Source of the DNA: Haliotis rufescens
Lineage: Eukaryota
Length of the DNA: 64,000 nt
Direction: 5' to 3'
NCBI RefSeq assembly: GCF_023055435.1
Contig: NW_025963902.1
Coordinates: 12,338,001 to 12,402,000 of the forward strand
The notes beneath the pieces were generated by a model. The model ran no database searches, was not told where the DNA came from, and saw only the letters and a list, made by a program, of their open reading frames with translations. Below are positions 40,361-52,150 of the stretch, one piece after another. Numbering within the stretch: the first letter of the stretch is position 1; each line of letters begins with the position of its first letter. Made by a program: the position numbers and the translations under genes.

Positions 40361-40633
40361 AATTCTCTTCCTTTTCGTACGAAATTGTTATATATTTACT
40401 GTTATAAGTCCTATTTATGTGCTTGTTGTTATATCTGTACTCATTTCGGTTAGCTACGCATAACGCGTTGAGCCGTGGGTGTATCTGTTCTGTATACGAC
40501 AACAGTGTACTTTGACTACGAAATTTAATAAAACACCTGTCACTCAGTTTCCATGGTATTAATCACCATTGCTGGATTACACATTAGCATTCCTTGTGTA
40601 AAAATACCGGACTATTGATTCTAAGGATATCGT

Positions 40634-41110
40634 CCCCAGTGAAGATCCAGGTTAGTACTAGTCCTCAGTAACCCATGCCATCGTAAAAAGGTCTTTAACT
40701 GGTCAGGTTCACTGACTTGGTTGATACACGTCGTCGTATCCCAGTTGCATAGTTCACTGGATTGTCGGACCCGTGAAGATTCCGGGGTAGAGTTACTGTA
40801 GGTCTTCAGCAACCCATGCTTGCCGTAAAAGGTGACTATGTTTGTCGTAAAAGGCGACTAACGGGATCGGCTGGTCAGGCTCGCTGATTTTGTTGATGCA
40901 TGTCATCGATCCCAATTGTGTGGATCGATGCTCATGATATTAATCACTGGATTGTCTGGTCCAGACTCGATTATTTACAGACCGCCGTCATATAGTTGGA
41001 ATATTGCTGAGTGCGGCGTTAAACAACAAACCAACCACTGGATTGTCGCATTTGCAGACCGCAGCCATATAACTGGAACATTGTTCTGCGTTCAACATGT
41101 TAAACAAGAA
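40634..41110 (+). mobile_element. older SINE family C copy split by a younger one
   Basis: 5' part 40634-40767, 3' part 41049-41110. Confidence 0.75.
40768..41035 (+). mobile_element. SINE family C, full length, nested
   Basis: Perfect TSD CACTGGATTGTCG at 40755-40767 and 41036-41048. Confidence 0.95.
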
Positions 41111-41344
41111 AGTTTTGTCGTCTTCAAGATTCATGACGTCATGACTTTAGATTGACTGTAATTGTGGCTTGTAGTCTCGCGTTTATTAACGTAGATTTAT
41201 AGTGCTGTCTTAATAATAGTCAACAAAATAGAAACTATACACCTTGTGTTGTTATATACTGCAGTGGAGACAAGGGATGTCGCAAATCTCATATAAACAT
41301 ACAAAGCTGATACAATGGGGTTGAGGTCTGTATATACTTAATCC

Positions 41345-41560
41345 TATAACAAGGCGACTAAGCTTGTCGTCAGAGGCGACTTAAGGGATCGGGTGGTCAG
41401 GCTCGCTGACTTGGTTGATGCATGTCATCGTGTCCCAATTTCATGGATCGATGCTCATGATGTCAATCACTGGATTGTCTGGTCCAGATTATGTACAGAC
41501 CGCCGTCATATAGCCGGAACATTGCTGAGTGCGGCGTTAAACAACAAAGTAAACCAAATC
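41345..41560 (+). mobile_element. SINE family C, 5' truncated
   Basis: Colinear from the hairpin to the tail. Confidence 0.9.
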
Positions 41561-41575
41561 ATCCCATTAAACACA

Positions 41576-41702
41576 AGTGAGTGAGTGAATAAGTATTGTT
41601 TTACGCCGCCTTTAGCAATATTTTAGCAATATCACCAGAAATGGGCTTCACACATTGTAACCATTTCGGGAATCGAACCCGCGCGAACGCTTTAACCACT
41701 GG
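41576..41702 (-). mobile_element. SINE family E with deletions
   Basis: CACCAGAAATGGGCTTCACACATTGTA..GGGAATCGAACCC. Confidence 0.85.
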
Positions 41703-41704
41703 GA

Positions 41705-42655
41705 CGTGGTTCTTTGGGACCACGATCCAGTTAACATGCTTGCCAGGGCAACATACATTCCTGAGCAAGAAGTTGGTACAGACTCCAGCAACATGGGAAA
41801 GTGCATGGTCGTTATGTTACATGGCCTCGTGGTGGGACAGGATGCAAGAGGTCAGGTGAAATGGGGTTTGACGCCGCGTCCAAGATTATTGCACTTATAT
41901 AGCGACGTGCATGTACGTGTGTATGTGTGTGTAGCTGCTTGTACTAGTCCGGACTGATGCCGATTCATAGTGCTAGCTCACAGAGATACCATGCCGCAGT
42001 TTAACATGAATACCCCACTCAGACACAGTATAATGACTCCGAGCCGACCAGTCCTTGTTTTAGCCCCTAAATGCCGAGCGCCAGACAGGGTAACAACAAG
42101 TACCATCTTTTAACGTCTTTTGGTATGACGCGGTCGGGGATCGAACCCCGGACCCTCCGCTCTCCGGGCGGACGCTCTACCACTAGACCACGGAGGCGGT
42201 CTCGGGATGCACGAAAAGGAACGACAAGCCATATGAGGATGTCTGTAGATTCCCCAACCCGATTAAAGGTAAGTTCGATAACAACCGGATATGGCAGCCC
42301 GACCGAGATGATTCCTCCCAGAACCCAAACACGTCCGTCACACAGCAATCTTGCGGTCGCGGAGCCTAGGGAAGACCAAGAGCTGAGTGTCAGTGACATC
42401 CACACGAAATGTACGATTCGTATGTAAAAAACACATTACGCCATTGCAATCTGCTCAATCTGAGATGTTGGCGTGACTACTCAAGGCCTGACAGGTCGGA
42501 ATTGGACTCCTTGCGGGAAGATGAGCCCGGATGTTGTGGTACCGCTCTCGGTTCCGAACGGTCTGACGTCGAGCGACGTCCGCAACAGGTCTTCCCGCGG
42601 TGAACATACCTACCGCTTTCTTACGCCTGATTTGTGTTCAGCGGGGCGTTGCTAT
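41705..42655 (-). pseudogene. decayed Tc1-like transposase interrupted by SINE B
   Basis: GC-rich; reverse-strand pieces HVAGVCTNFL, LPWQA and AVGMFTAG parallel HTARVTSDFL, LQWPA and the N-terminus of the Tc1 at 52151-53638. Confidence 0.5.
41848..42203 (-). mobile_element. SINE family B, full length
   Basis: Colinear with other copies; flanking GGATGCA duplication. Confidence 0.95.
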
Positions 42656-42916
42656 TGAACTCAGAACTTCAAAATGTCATTTCCTTCAGGACAGGAATGT
42701 TTTTCAGTGTGATTTTTGGGTTGTGATATGGCGCTGTTCTCTCGTTTTGTCATTAGACGAAATCACATGCATGTGGGACACATTTGGTAGGAACAATCGC
42801 AACACGTATACTGATACTGTTTTTGTATTTACTATGGGCGCAACAAGACTAGACAAAAGACACAGTGTGTATCTTTGTAAATGGCTTTGTCATGGCTTTG
42901 GGGATTACTTCATCTG

Positions 42917-43023
42917 GGCCCCGTGCCACAAAGCGATCTTAAGGCCAAAGTGATCGTAAATCCCATACAATAACATTGACTAACGACAGTCACAGCGCTA
43001 AGATCGCTTTGTGGGACGAGGCT
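42917..43023. mobile_element. PIF/Harbinger-like MITE
   Basis: ~25-bp imperfect TIR GGCCCCGTGCCACAAAGCGATCTTA; 3-bp TSD CTG. Confidence 0.75.
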
Positions 43024-43331
43024 CTGGAATATTCAACCTACCTGTGATTTAAGAAAATGAAATCACAATATAAGAAATATCTAAACACAGTGCTTTGTCT
43101 TTGAGTATATATGCTACAGTAAGATCGTGAAACTAAGGATTTTGTGAAAGCCCGTTGTGGTCAAATATTTCATGTCATCTCTAAATTAATCATTGGTTAC
43201 CATGACGTCACAATCAAATGACATCACTAATGGCTCTGCTACTGAAGCCGTTAGCAGTACTTTTTACACCTATGACACTGCTTAATACTATCTACAAACT
43301 GAAAAAGTTGGAAGAATGATGTTGGATGATA

Positions 43332-43488
43332 AATAAAATCTCACCTTCGTGTCATTTGATATCAAATATATCAAGACTCATTGATAAAAGTGGAAAACCT
43401 CCTCGGCAAGCCTAAGAGTTTTTCCACATTTTTCAACTCGTGCTGATATATTTCATATCAAAAGACACTTGGGTGAGATTCTCTATTT
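43332..43488. mobile_element. foldback element
   Basis: AATCTCACC..TTTGATAT..GTGGAAAA mirrored around CTCGGCAAGCC. Confidence 0.75.
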
Positions 43489-43899
43489 ATTGGAGTTGAA
43501 GTTGTTAAGCTTCAAATATCATCGTGTTCATGCTAAGGTAAAGACACAGATTACAAGACGTCTTTTTATTGCAACAGTTGAGACTGTGGTGGCATGGCGA
43601 GTTCCACTTTAATTTTGCCTTGAAGCACTTGTAGCGATTTGTCATGCAAGGCTTGGCACCACTGCAGTTAATGAAGCATTGGCCACCAGGTGTTCAGCTA
43701 AGTATTCCGCAAGTACTCAGCCAGGCTCCCTTTGCACAACTGCTTGTTTTTGTTGAGGCATCATCTGTACACACTTTGAACAACAGTGTATATCCAAGTT
43801 GTAACGATTCTCATTCCTTTATACGACGTTAACGACATGTGGGTTGTATTCTTATTGAGTTATCAATATCAGCATTGTATATCTGTCTATGATTCATTA

Positions 43900-45140
43900 T
43901 TTAGGGCAATAAATGTCATTGTTAGAAACTATTGAATTATCTTGTATATCCAAAGAACGCCATACGACTCTTGCTCAAAAACTGTTTCAAAAGGGTTACA
44001 ATTCAATGTTACAGTAAAGATCATAGCTTTTAAAACGTTTTATGGTAGACATGCGGAGGTCATTTTCAAAACTGACGCACTGTGAGTTCATTGGATCAAG
44101 AACCTTCATAGAGTGTATGGTAGTCGGAGGTTGCGAATTCTTATATTTATATAACCCTATTTCTTACCTCGAAGGATGCAGGCCTAGATATAAACACACT
44201 TTTATTTAGTACTTGTGACTTACACTGACAGCCATACCACAACCAGCTGTATCGCGGAATAAAATAGTTCCTCAAAAAGAATGGTAACTGGAGCGTTTGT
44301 ATGCTTATGTTGATCTATAGAAACATCTGTTGTAGTTTGTTTACAACAAATGTATTGAAATGATATCATCTGTGGATGAGGCGGATCTTTTACGATCTAC
44401 CTCAGTAGGTTAGTCACAATGACAGCACGTCGTAATACGTTCACAAGACGTCAAAATGCCCGACACGATAAACGTGGCGTTAGACAATGCCGAAGTTTCT
44501 AGTTCGTCATCATTGTTTAAATGGTTCATCATTGAAAGGCGATTATAAAGATGTGAGAAAAAAGATACTAAGACAAATGTATAGATTGCCGTAGACTGTC
44601 TCCCTCAGTCAAGACATGGATCGAGTCAATAGTTTGCATGACTGTGAACTTCCTTGTTTTGTTCCCTTGGATGGGTCGTAGCGAGGATCACGTAGTCAAA
44701 CTGTCTGACGTTTCTCAGTGTATGCTAAATTACTGAGTGCAAGATGAAAGGGATCAGAAACAACGCTCTGTTTGCATTAGGGCTAGGGAATTCCCAGATG
44801 TGACCTCAGGCATGTGAAAGTAGTGTTTACGACATTTCAAGAATACAGTGTAGTGAAAAAAGTATGGACGTCATGTTGTGTCTTTCACTCACTTTTGAAC
44901 GTCAATGTCGCGGCATTGTGACCGCGCTCTCGTCCAATGGAAAAACCGTTTATCGTGTAAACGTCACATATGCAACTATCAATTCCCTATTAGGACTTAT
45001 ACCATGTTCTCAAATTTGTGTAGGTGAACAATTGTCTTGGCTCGTCGTGTGTTTGTGACGGGTGCCACCATCGGGGCGGGATACGCTGACCTTTTTGCGA
45101 ACACCTGTTGTCAACACTATTTGATAGTGATTCATATACA
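43900..45140 (+). mobile_element. decayed Penelope-like RT remnants with family 3' motif
   Basis: LAQKLFQKGYN and KTFYGRH near 43970-44055, HDKRG near 44465, 3' motif 45025-45137. Confidence 0.6.
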
Positions 45141-45363
45141 CATGCTCATGGTGTTGTTTGAATCATTAATGGATTCTGCTTATAGCAACATTTTCTCATG
45201 GTTACGAAAATGTATTTTCGTGTTTATTATACTTCTTATGCAACTGTTACAGCTACGGTATTACGTCTAATGCAAATATCACTGATTCTAATGCAACCGT
45301 GCGACAGTGTTACTTCTGCTACTGTAGGGCCCGTTAATAGGTCATGGCCTAACGTTGTTTAGT

Positions 45364-45602
45364 ACTTCCGGTAACAAACAACGTCTCGCGGCAATGGCGA
45401 CAGCAGTGTTACGTCGGACAGGACCAGGCTCATCATATTCGGAACACTCTGGTGTAACTTAGAAAAACATGACACTGTCACAGGCATTAAAACATTCGAG
45501 TTATGTGGCATGAATAGCAAGTGTTGGCTAGTCAAAGAAGTTGATGTAACGACGTCTTATGATCGATGTCAAACGGGCTGCTACCCATTCATAAATAATG
45601 AG
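45364..45602 (+). promoter_or_regulatory. candidate promoter and first exon of a plus-strand transcript
   Basis: ACTTCCGG (ETS-type), TCTCGCG and AATGGCG (YY1-type) cluster; donor GAG/GTAGGT; stop-free frame 45375-45602 with ATG at 45510. Confidence 0.35.
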
Positions 45603-46408
45603 GTAGGTTTCCACTTTTCTCACACTTCTGATAGGCTGGTGTAATTGTCAGGGTTAAAAAGTCAATACTGATTAGTTAATTATCACAAGTACAGTGATTA
45701 TGGCGTCGAAATATGAGCATAAACACTCGTGCTGTGACCCGTTTGATTGAATTTGTTGTTATTTGTTGTCAAAAAGAAAGAAGGTATTTGCAATATGCTC
45801 CCGGTTTATGCATCAAATGGTGTTATTGCAAATTTCGATTGCATCTATCCTGAGCCTTTTTCTAATATTAAATGTTCAGCTCTGATAAGTAACGTCACAG
45901 AATTATATTTATGGGTCCAGGGGAGATGACACAAACTATGATCATACGAAGGCCTATTATGTGCATGCTGACAATGTAAATTGCTGTGAATTTTTTGTCA
46001 ACGCTTGTAATATCACTGAGTAATAATGTTGTACAAAGAGACAAAGAGATAGGGATGTCTGTGTGAATAAAAAAGATATGTGCCAATATCATGATGATAA
46101 TGTTATGTGCACTAAAAAATAAGATTTTATTCACAGGCAAACTATTAATCTAATTTGTAAATAATGATGATTAAATCCTTGCAATGTTTGTTTTTAAGAT
46201 CTCTCAAAAGTTACCTCACATGCATTCTGTATTATGTGAAAAGACTTGGTCATTACAATCTCATTTAGCATTTGTTTAGCTAATTCAGTTGAATATACAA
46301 TGTACATGCTTAATGTATTAACTATATCTTGATGTAGGCATTGTAAGAAATTGTTGTTATTTTAGAAGTATATATTATGTTCTCATAAGTGATATTTATA
46401 TTTTGCAG

Positions 46409-46432
46409 TTGGACCAGATTTCCATGTTTGAG
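46409..46432 (+). CDS. candidate 24-nt exon (LDQISMFE)
   Basis: TTTTGCAG acceptor, GAG/GTGAGA donor, phase-compatible with the 45602 donor. Confidence 0.25.
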
Positions 46433-46611
46433 GTGAGAAAGATATCCTAATCTTACTCACGGGTAGATGCATATGTATCACCAGAATTACCTTTGGTGCC
46501 AAGCATAACTGCACCTTAAGAGCATCTCGGACTGTAACAGATCTTCAGATGTCTTTGAATATTATGTGGTCAAGCAATACATTGCCTATGAAAGAACAAC
46601 TCTTATTGTGT

Positions 46612-46967
46612 ATACAGTTGTAAACATAGTAAAGTTCTATCTGAAGTACTGGTTCTGCTATGATGTCTGGGACCATCAGAACACCCTTGAACACTGGACA
46701 CTTGCTGTAATAGGACATACTTGTCATCAACATGGTGTTGCAGAACATCACGGGACGCTCACATAAAGTCCGGTGTGCATCAGTTGTATGTTTGAGACTT
46801 ATGTGAATACAGTTGTAAACATATTAAAGTCCTATCTGAAGTACTGGTTCTGTAAATGATTTCCGTGACCATCAGAACACACCATGCACACTGGACACTT
46901 GCTGGAATAGGACATACTTGTCATCAACATGGTGCTGCAGAACATCATGGGACGCTCACATAAAGTC
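46612..46967. repeat. ~196-bp tandem duplication
   Basis: ATACAGTTGTAAACATA...GGGACGCTCACATAAAGTC at 46612 and 46808. Confidence 0.9.
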
Positions 46968-47866
46968 GAGTGTGATTCTAGATAGTGACACTGTGCATGC
47001 TGTTTAAAATATTCCAATTCCCACTGGCACAGTTATTCGTTCAGGCTTGGCTTTTAAGAATATTTGACAAGAATGTTTAATATTTTGAGAGTAATCATGG
47101 CCTGGGAATAAAATTGCTGAATAAATCTGAAGCTTACTCATTGATTTTTAAGTTTGGATAATGCCATACAAAAGAGAGTTGTTTTAATATTTCTGGTATC
47201 AGCCATGCTACTGAATGTATATTGAATATAATCTCATAACAATGCACATTGAATGTATGATAAAAGATTTTCAGTTTATGGATCAAAACCTTCCTAGAAA
47301 GTACACAAGATGCTTACCAATGAAAATAAAACTTAACCAATGGCACTGCAGTTGTTGCTTTATGAAATTAATTCTTAAATATCAACATGTCTTGTTTTGG
47401 CATCGGCAATATACGGTTTCAGTATGCAAATACACTGATTTTCAGGACAATAGCCAATAAACATTATTCTTGGCCAGTAATATTAAACGGATTTTTCCAA
47501 ATGGATAGCGGAAAATATGAAATGTCAGTTACCTCATTAGTTTAACCTGGCTTTATTGGCAGAATATTTTAAATACACAAATATATGGAAAATTGGTGCA
47601 ATTGTTTCTAGCTCTGCATTAAGTCGATATCGGTGTACTAAATTGTGTTCATCAGTGTTCACTGAGTGATAAATTTTATGTATTAATGTTTTGGACTTCT
47701 GGCATTTTTTTTACTTGGATCGTTTTAGCCTCACAACCAGAAATATTAATACAAAACACGAACGTTCATCACAATTAATCTTGCCCATGCTATCAATCAC
47801 AGTCTGCAGTGTTATAACAATTATATTGCTGACGAGGTGTAACACACTTTTTATTTCTTCCCTCAG

Positions 47867-47889
47867 ATAACATTACACTCCATTTATTG
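47867..47889 (+). CDS. candidate 23-nt exon
   Basis: TTTTTATTTCTTCCCTCAG acceptor and TTG/GTAAGT donor. Confidence 0.3.
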
Positions 47890-49050
47890 GTAAGTATCTT
47901 TCTTTATGTTTGACATGTCAATCGGTGATCGCTTGCATAATTTCAGTGTATTTGTCATGCATTTGGCCACTTTTGACTTGAAGTTGCTGTATGCCGGATG
48001 CTGCTTCATCTTTTGGTTGCTGTACAGCAGAAATTCACACCTTCATAACCAAGAAAAAAACCATTCATGTTCTGAACATGGTTCACGAAGAAACAACATA
48101 GAACTAGACACCAAGAACACACAGAGTAAAAAGTTACCATTGTCCATCACTCGTTTTATTCATCAATAATAAGGCAGGGCTTCCATGACACTGCTCATGC
48201 TGCCAGATACCAGAATACCAGGGTAAGTTGGGTGATGTGGCCTAGCTATTAGTAGTTACATCTTCATGAATAATCTTTTACAGAAACATGTGACACATCC
48301 TGCGTAGTCATAAAACACTTTCCATGCCACTGAGACTATAAATACACGTCTGAACGATAGTACCGCACTGACTGTCAAAATTATTTTAAAGGTAAAAAGA
48401 AGAACAGAGTGAGCTTTGGCGGTCGCGCATTTCGAAAGCAGAACTAGTTCATGAATATAGGCATGTCACCGGAAATGCTGGTACCAGAAGTAGCGCTTCG
48501 CGAGACTTACGGGCCCTACTGCAAATGTAACTTCTGAGTCTACTGCGACTGTAAATTATCATGGTACTACGAATGCCACGGGCATAGATACTCATCCTCT
48601 CCCTTGTGCCCCCGCTACCTATTATTGCCACTTCAGCTGGTACTAATAAGTGTTCTGTCTTGTCTGGCCCACCATACCTACGTATTTCTATGCAGTAACA
48701 AATACTTTTAAAAGCAAATTATTACCTTAACAGTTATAAATCGAAAAATGAGTCTACATGTTTAATGCCATGTACCCTCATATATATATGAATTGAAGCT
48801 TGGGAATTGTATTTTTGTGTTCCGAATATATTGTAGTTTTAAAATATAATGAAAGGTCAAAATGTGATTTTTCACCCATTAGTTCCTTTGTAATGATTTG
48901 TCACATATACATTTGTTAAGCGCTAATTCCACACGACGCATTCTCAAATAGCGCGTCAAATTATCAACTTGGTCATCCGATCAGTGTACAATCTGTATTA
49001 TCAGCTCCCTGGGGAGTATTCAGTCCAAGCCGCCTATTTGGAACCAGAAG

Positions 49051-50778
49051 TTGATGTATTCATATCATCATACTGATTACCCTACTGCCAATGTAACTTA
49101 TGATGATACTGCTACTGACAATGTAACTTCTGATGCTACTGCTGCTGTCAATTTAACTTCTGGTGCTACTGCTACTGACAATGTGACTTCTGATGCTACT
49201 GCTACTCCCAATGTAACTTCTGATGCTAGTGCTACTGACAATGTAACTTCTGATGCTAGTGCTACTGACAATGTAACTTCTGATGCTACTGCTACTGCCA
49301 ATGTAACTTCTGATGCTACTGCTACTGCCAATGTAACTTCTAATGCTACTGACAATGTAACTTCTGATGCTACTGCTACTGCCAATGTAACTTCTGATGC
49401 TACTGCTACTGCCAATGTAACTTCTGATGCTACTGCTACTGCCAATGTAATTTCTGATGCTAATGCTACTGACAATGGAACGTCTGATGCTACTGCTACT
49501 GGCAATGTAACTTCTGATGCTAATGCTACTGCCAATGATACGTCTGATGCTAATGCTACTCCCAATGTAACTTCTGATGCTACTGCTACTGTCAATGTAA
49601 CTTCTGATGCTACTGCTACTCCCAATGTAACTTCTGATGCTACTGCTACTGTCAATGTAACTTCTGATGCTACTGCTACTCCCAATGTAACTTCTGATGC
49701 TACTGCTACTGTCAATGTAACTTCTGTTGCTACTGCTACTGTCAATGTAACTTCTGTTGCTACTGCTACTGTCAATGTAACTTCTGTTGCTACTGCTACT
49801 CCCAATGTAACTTCTGATGCTAGTGCTACTGACAATGTAACTTCTGATGCTAGTGCTACTGACAATGTAACTTCTGATGCTACTGCTACTGCCAATGTAA
49901 CTTCTGATGCTACTGCTACTGCCAATGTAACTTCTAATGCTACTGCCAATGTAACTTCTGATGCTACTGCTACTGCCAATGTAACTTCTGATGCTACTGC
50001 TACTGCCAATGTAACTTCTGATGCTACTGCTACTGCCAATGTAACGTCTGATGCTACTGCTACTGTCAATTTAACTTCTAATGCTACTGCTATTGCCAAT
50101 GTAAACTCTGATGCTAATGCTACTGACAATGGAACGTCTGATGCTACTGCTACTGGCAATGTAACTTCTGATGCTAATGCTACTGCCAATGATACGTCTG
50201 ATGCTAATGCTACTCCCAATGTAACTTCTGATGCTACTGCTACTGCCAATGTAACTTCTGATGCTAGTGCTACTCCCAATGTAACTTCTGATGCTAGTGC
50301 TACTCCCAATGTAACTTCTGATGCTACTGGTACTCCCAATGTAACTTCTGATGCTAGTGCTACTGTCAATGTAACTTCTGATGCTACTGCTACTGACAAT
50401 GATACGTCTGATGCTACTGCTACTGTCAATGTAACTTCTGATGCTACTGCTACTGTCAATGTAACTTCTGATGCTACTGCTACTGTCAATGTAACTTCTA
50501 ATGCTACTGCTACTGTCAATGTAACTTCTGATGCTACTGCTACTGTCAATGTAACTTCTAATGCTACTGTCAATATAACTGCTAATGCTACTGCTACTGC
50601 CAATATAACGTCTGATGCTACTGCTACTGTCAATGTAACTTCTAATGCTACTGCTACTGACAATGTAACTGCTGATGCTACTGCTACTGTCAATGTAACT
50701 TCTAATGCTACTGCTACTGCCAATGTAACTTCTGGTGCTACTGCTACTGCCATGGTACTACTTATGCTAGTGGCATAG
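49051..50778 (+). CDS. mucin-like Thr/Ala-rich repeat ORF (ATATANVTSD)n; coding status unproven
   Basis: 575-codon open frame, NxT in nearly all units; no signal peptide; reverse strand also open. Confidence 0.35.
   Translation: MMYSYHHTDYPTANVTYDDTATDNVTSDATAAVNLTSGATATDNVTSDATATPNVTSDASATDNVTSDASATDNVTSDATATANVTSDATATANVTSNATDNVTSDATATANVTSDATATANVTSDATATANVISDANATDNGTSDATATGNVTSDANATANDTSDANATPNVTSDATATVNVTSDATATPNVTSDATATVNVTSDATATPNVTSDATATVNVTSVATATVNVTSVATATVNVTSVATATPNVTSDASATDNVTSDASATDNVTSDATATANVTSDATATANVTSNATANVTSDATATANVTSDATATANVTSDATATANVTSDATATVNLTSNATAIANVNSDANATDNGTSDATATGNVTSDANATANDTSDANATPNVTSDATATANVTSDASATPNVTSDASATPNVTSDATGTPNVTSDASATVNVTSDATATDNDTSDATATVNVTSDATATVNVTSDATATVNVTSNATATVNVTSDATATVNVTSNATVNITANATATANITSDATATVNVTSNATATDNVTADATATVNVTSNATATANVTSGATATAMVLLMLVA
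49081..50751. repeat. 30-bp minisatellite, about 56 units
   Basis: GCTACTGCCAATGTAACTTCTGATGCTACT with occasional 6-bp deletions. Confidence 0.98.
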
Positions 50779-51104
50779 TTACTAATCCTCTTTCTTGCAG
50801 CTACGCTACAGCCACGAACGCTACTCCATCTACCAATGCCGTGTTTTTACCACACCTATTACTGCCACTTCAGCTGGTACCAATAAGTCTACTATCAAAC
50901 TGGCCTACCATTGTCCTACATAGTTAGTTCTGTGAGGTAACAAATACTAATAAAAGCAAACGTTGGCAAACGTTGGCGTTGGCAATTAGTTGAGGTGTTC
51001 TTCAAAGTGTGCGTCACATTTGACTTTGACTGGAATGCAGGATAAACACGAACATGTATCACATAAACTAGAACTTGAAAAAAGGCGACAAAACGCTGTA
51101 GAAT

Positions 51105-51263
51105 GATAGGAGTAAGGTTTTACACCTCTTTTAGCAATGTTCCAGCAATATCACGGCGGGGGACACCAGATATGGTTTCACACATTGTACCCATGTGGGG
51201 AATCGAAACCCGGTCTTCGGCGCGACGAGCGAACGCTTTAACCAATTGGCTACCCAACCGCCC
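51105..51263 (-). mobile_element. SINE family E
   Basis: Colinear with 12419-12579. Confidence 0.9.
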
Positions 51264-51429
51264 TAGAGTGACAGGACGTCACAACAGTTGTATGTGCCAG
51301 TAGTCGTATATGTTTCCTCCTCCATTTGATCTTAAGATCCGGAATATGAACCACAGATTCTCCCTGATTATGATCCTTGGTTTGTCAACCAAACGTCTAA
51401 TACCTGCATCATGTCGGGCCTCCCTCTCA

Positions 51430-51808
51430 TACTGTGCATATGAAGCTGACATGATATGATTACCAAGTTGTCAGACTCTGCATTGTTCTCGGTGCCTTAG
51501 GTTTGGTACCTCCGAATTTGTTGACTGACATTAGGAGTGTACCGGGGTTTGCTACCAGGAATACAGCTCTTCTGACAATCTGGGTAATGCAGAAGGCTGC
51601 AGTGTTGGGGAGTCTTCACATTCTCCGAAAAGTTCTGGGTGGGTTTGACTAGGCAGCGCTTCCTGGGAGAAGTCCCATTCGCTGTCTGGGCTGCGTGTAG
51701 AGGGGGCAAGGGCTCTGAGCTGTTGATGAGTCTAACCAGCCTGACTGTGCCAGGATCACCCAAACCCTCTTTGCTGCATTTTTAATTTTAATCTGTAAAT
51801 AATGATAA
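51430..51808 (+). mobile_element. R4/Dong-clade non-LTR retrotransposon 3' end (RLE C-terminus and 3' UTR)
   Basis: 51482-51652 translates IVLGALGLVPPNL...MQKAAVLGSLHILRKVLGGFD*; ends in TAAATAATGATAA. Confidence 0.75.
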
Positions 51809-52150
51809 CGCATTCTCAAATAACGCGAAAAATTAACAACCTGGTAATCGGATCAGTGTACAATCTGTGGTATCAGCTCCCTCGGGAGTATTCAGTCTAA
51901 GCTGCCAGAGTGGAGCCAGAAGTCTATGTATTATATATCATCATAACGATTACCCATTTGGAACAAGGCACAGTAATATTTATAACCCGTATTTCTGTGT
52001 GTTGCAAGTTCAAACCCTAGAAATAATGAGTGTCAAGCTTGCTGAACGCATTCACAAACCCACCTACTCTCCGCCGGCGGCGTTCCTTAACTGCACCTTT
52101 CAATGTGACTCGCTGTGCACATGATCACCATACACAATCTATTAATCATA

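Noticed and set aside
42071-42427. Recurring ORFs MPSARQGNNKY.../MTRPGIEP... (also 4121, 18454, 20080)
   Set aside because: Antisense translations of SINE B.
49098-50753. 551-aa antisense ORF (VAVASEVTL)n
   Set aside because: Mirror of a stop-free 30-bp monomer; no independent support.
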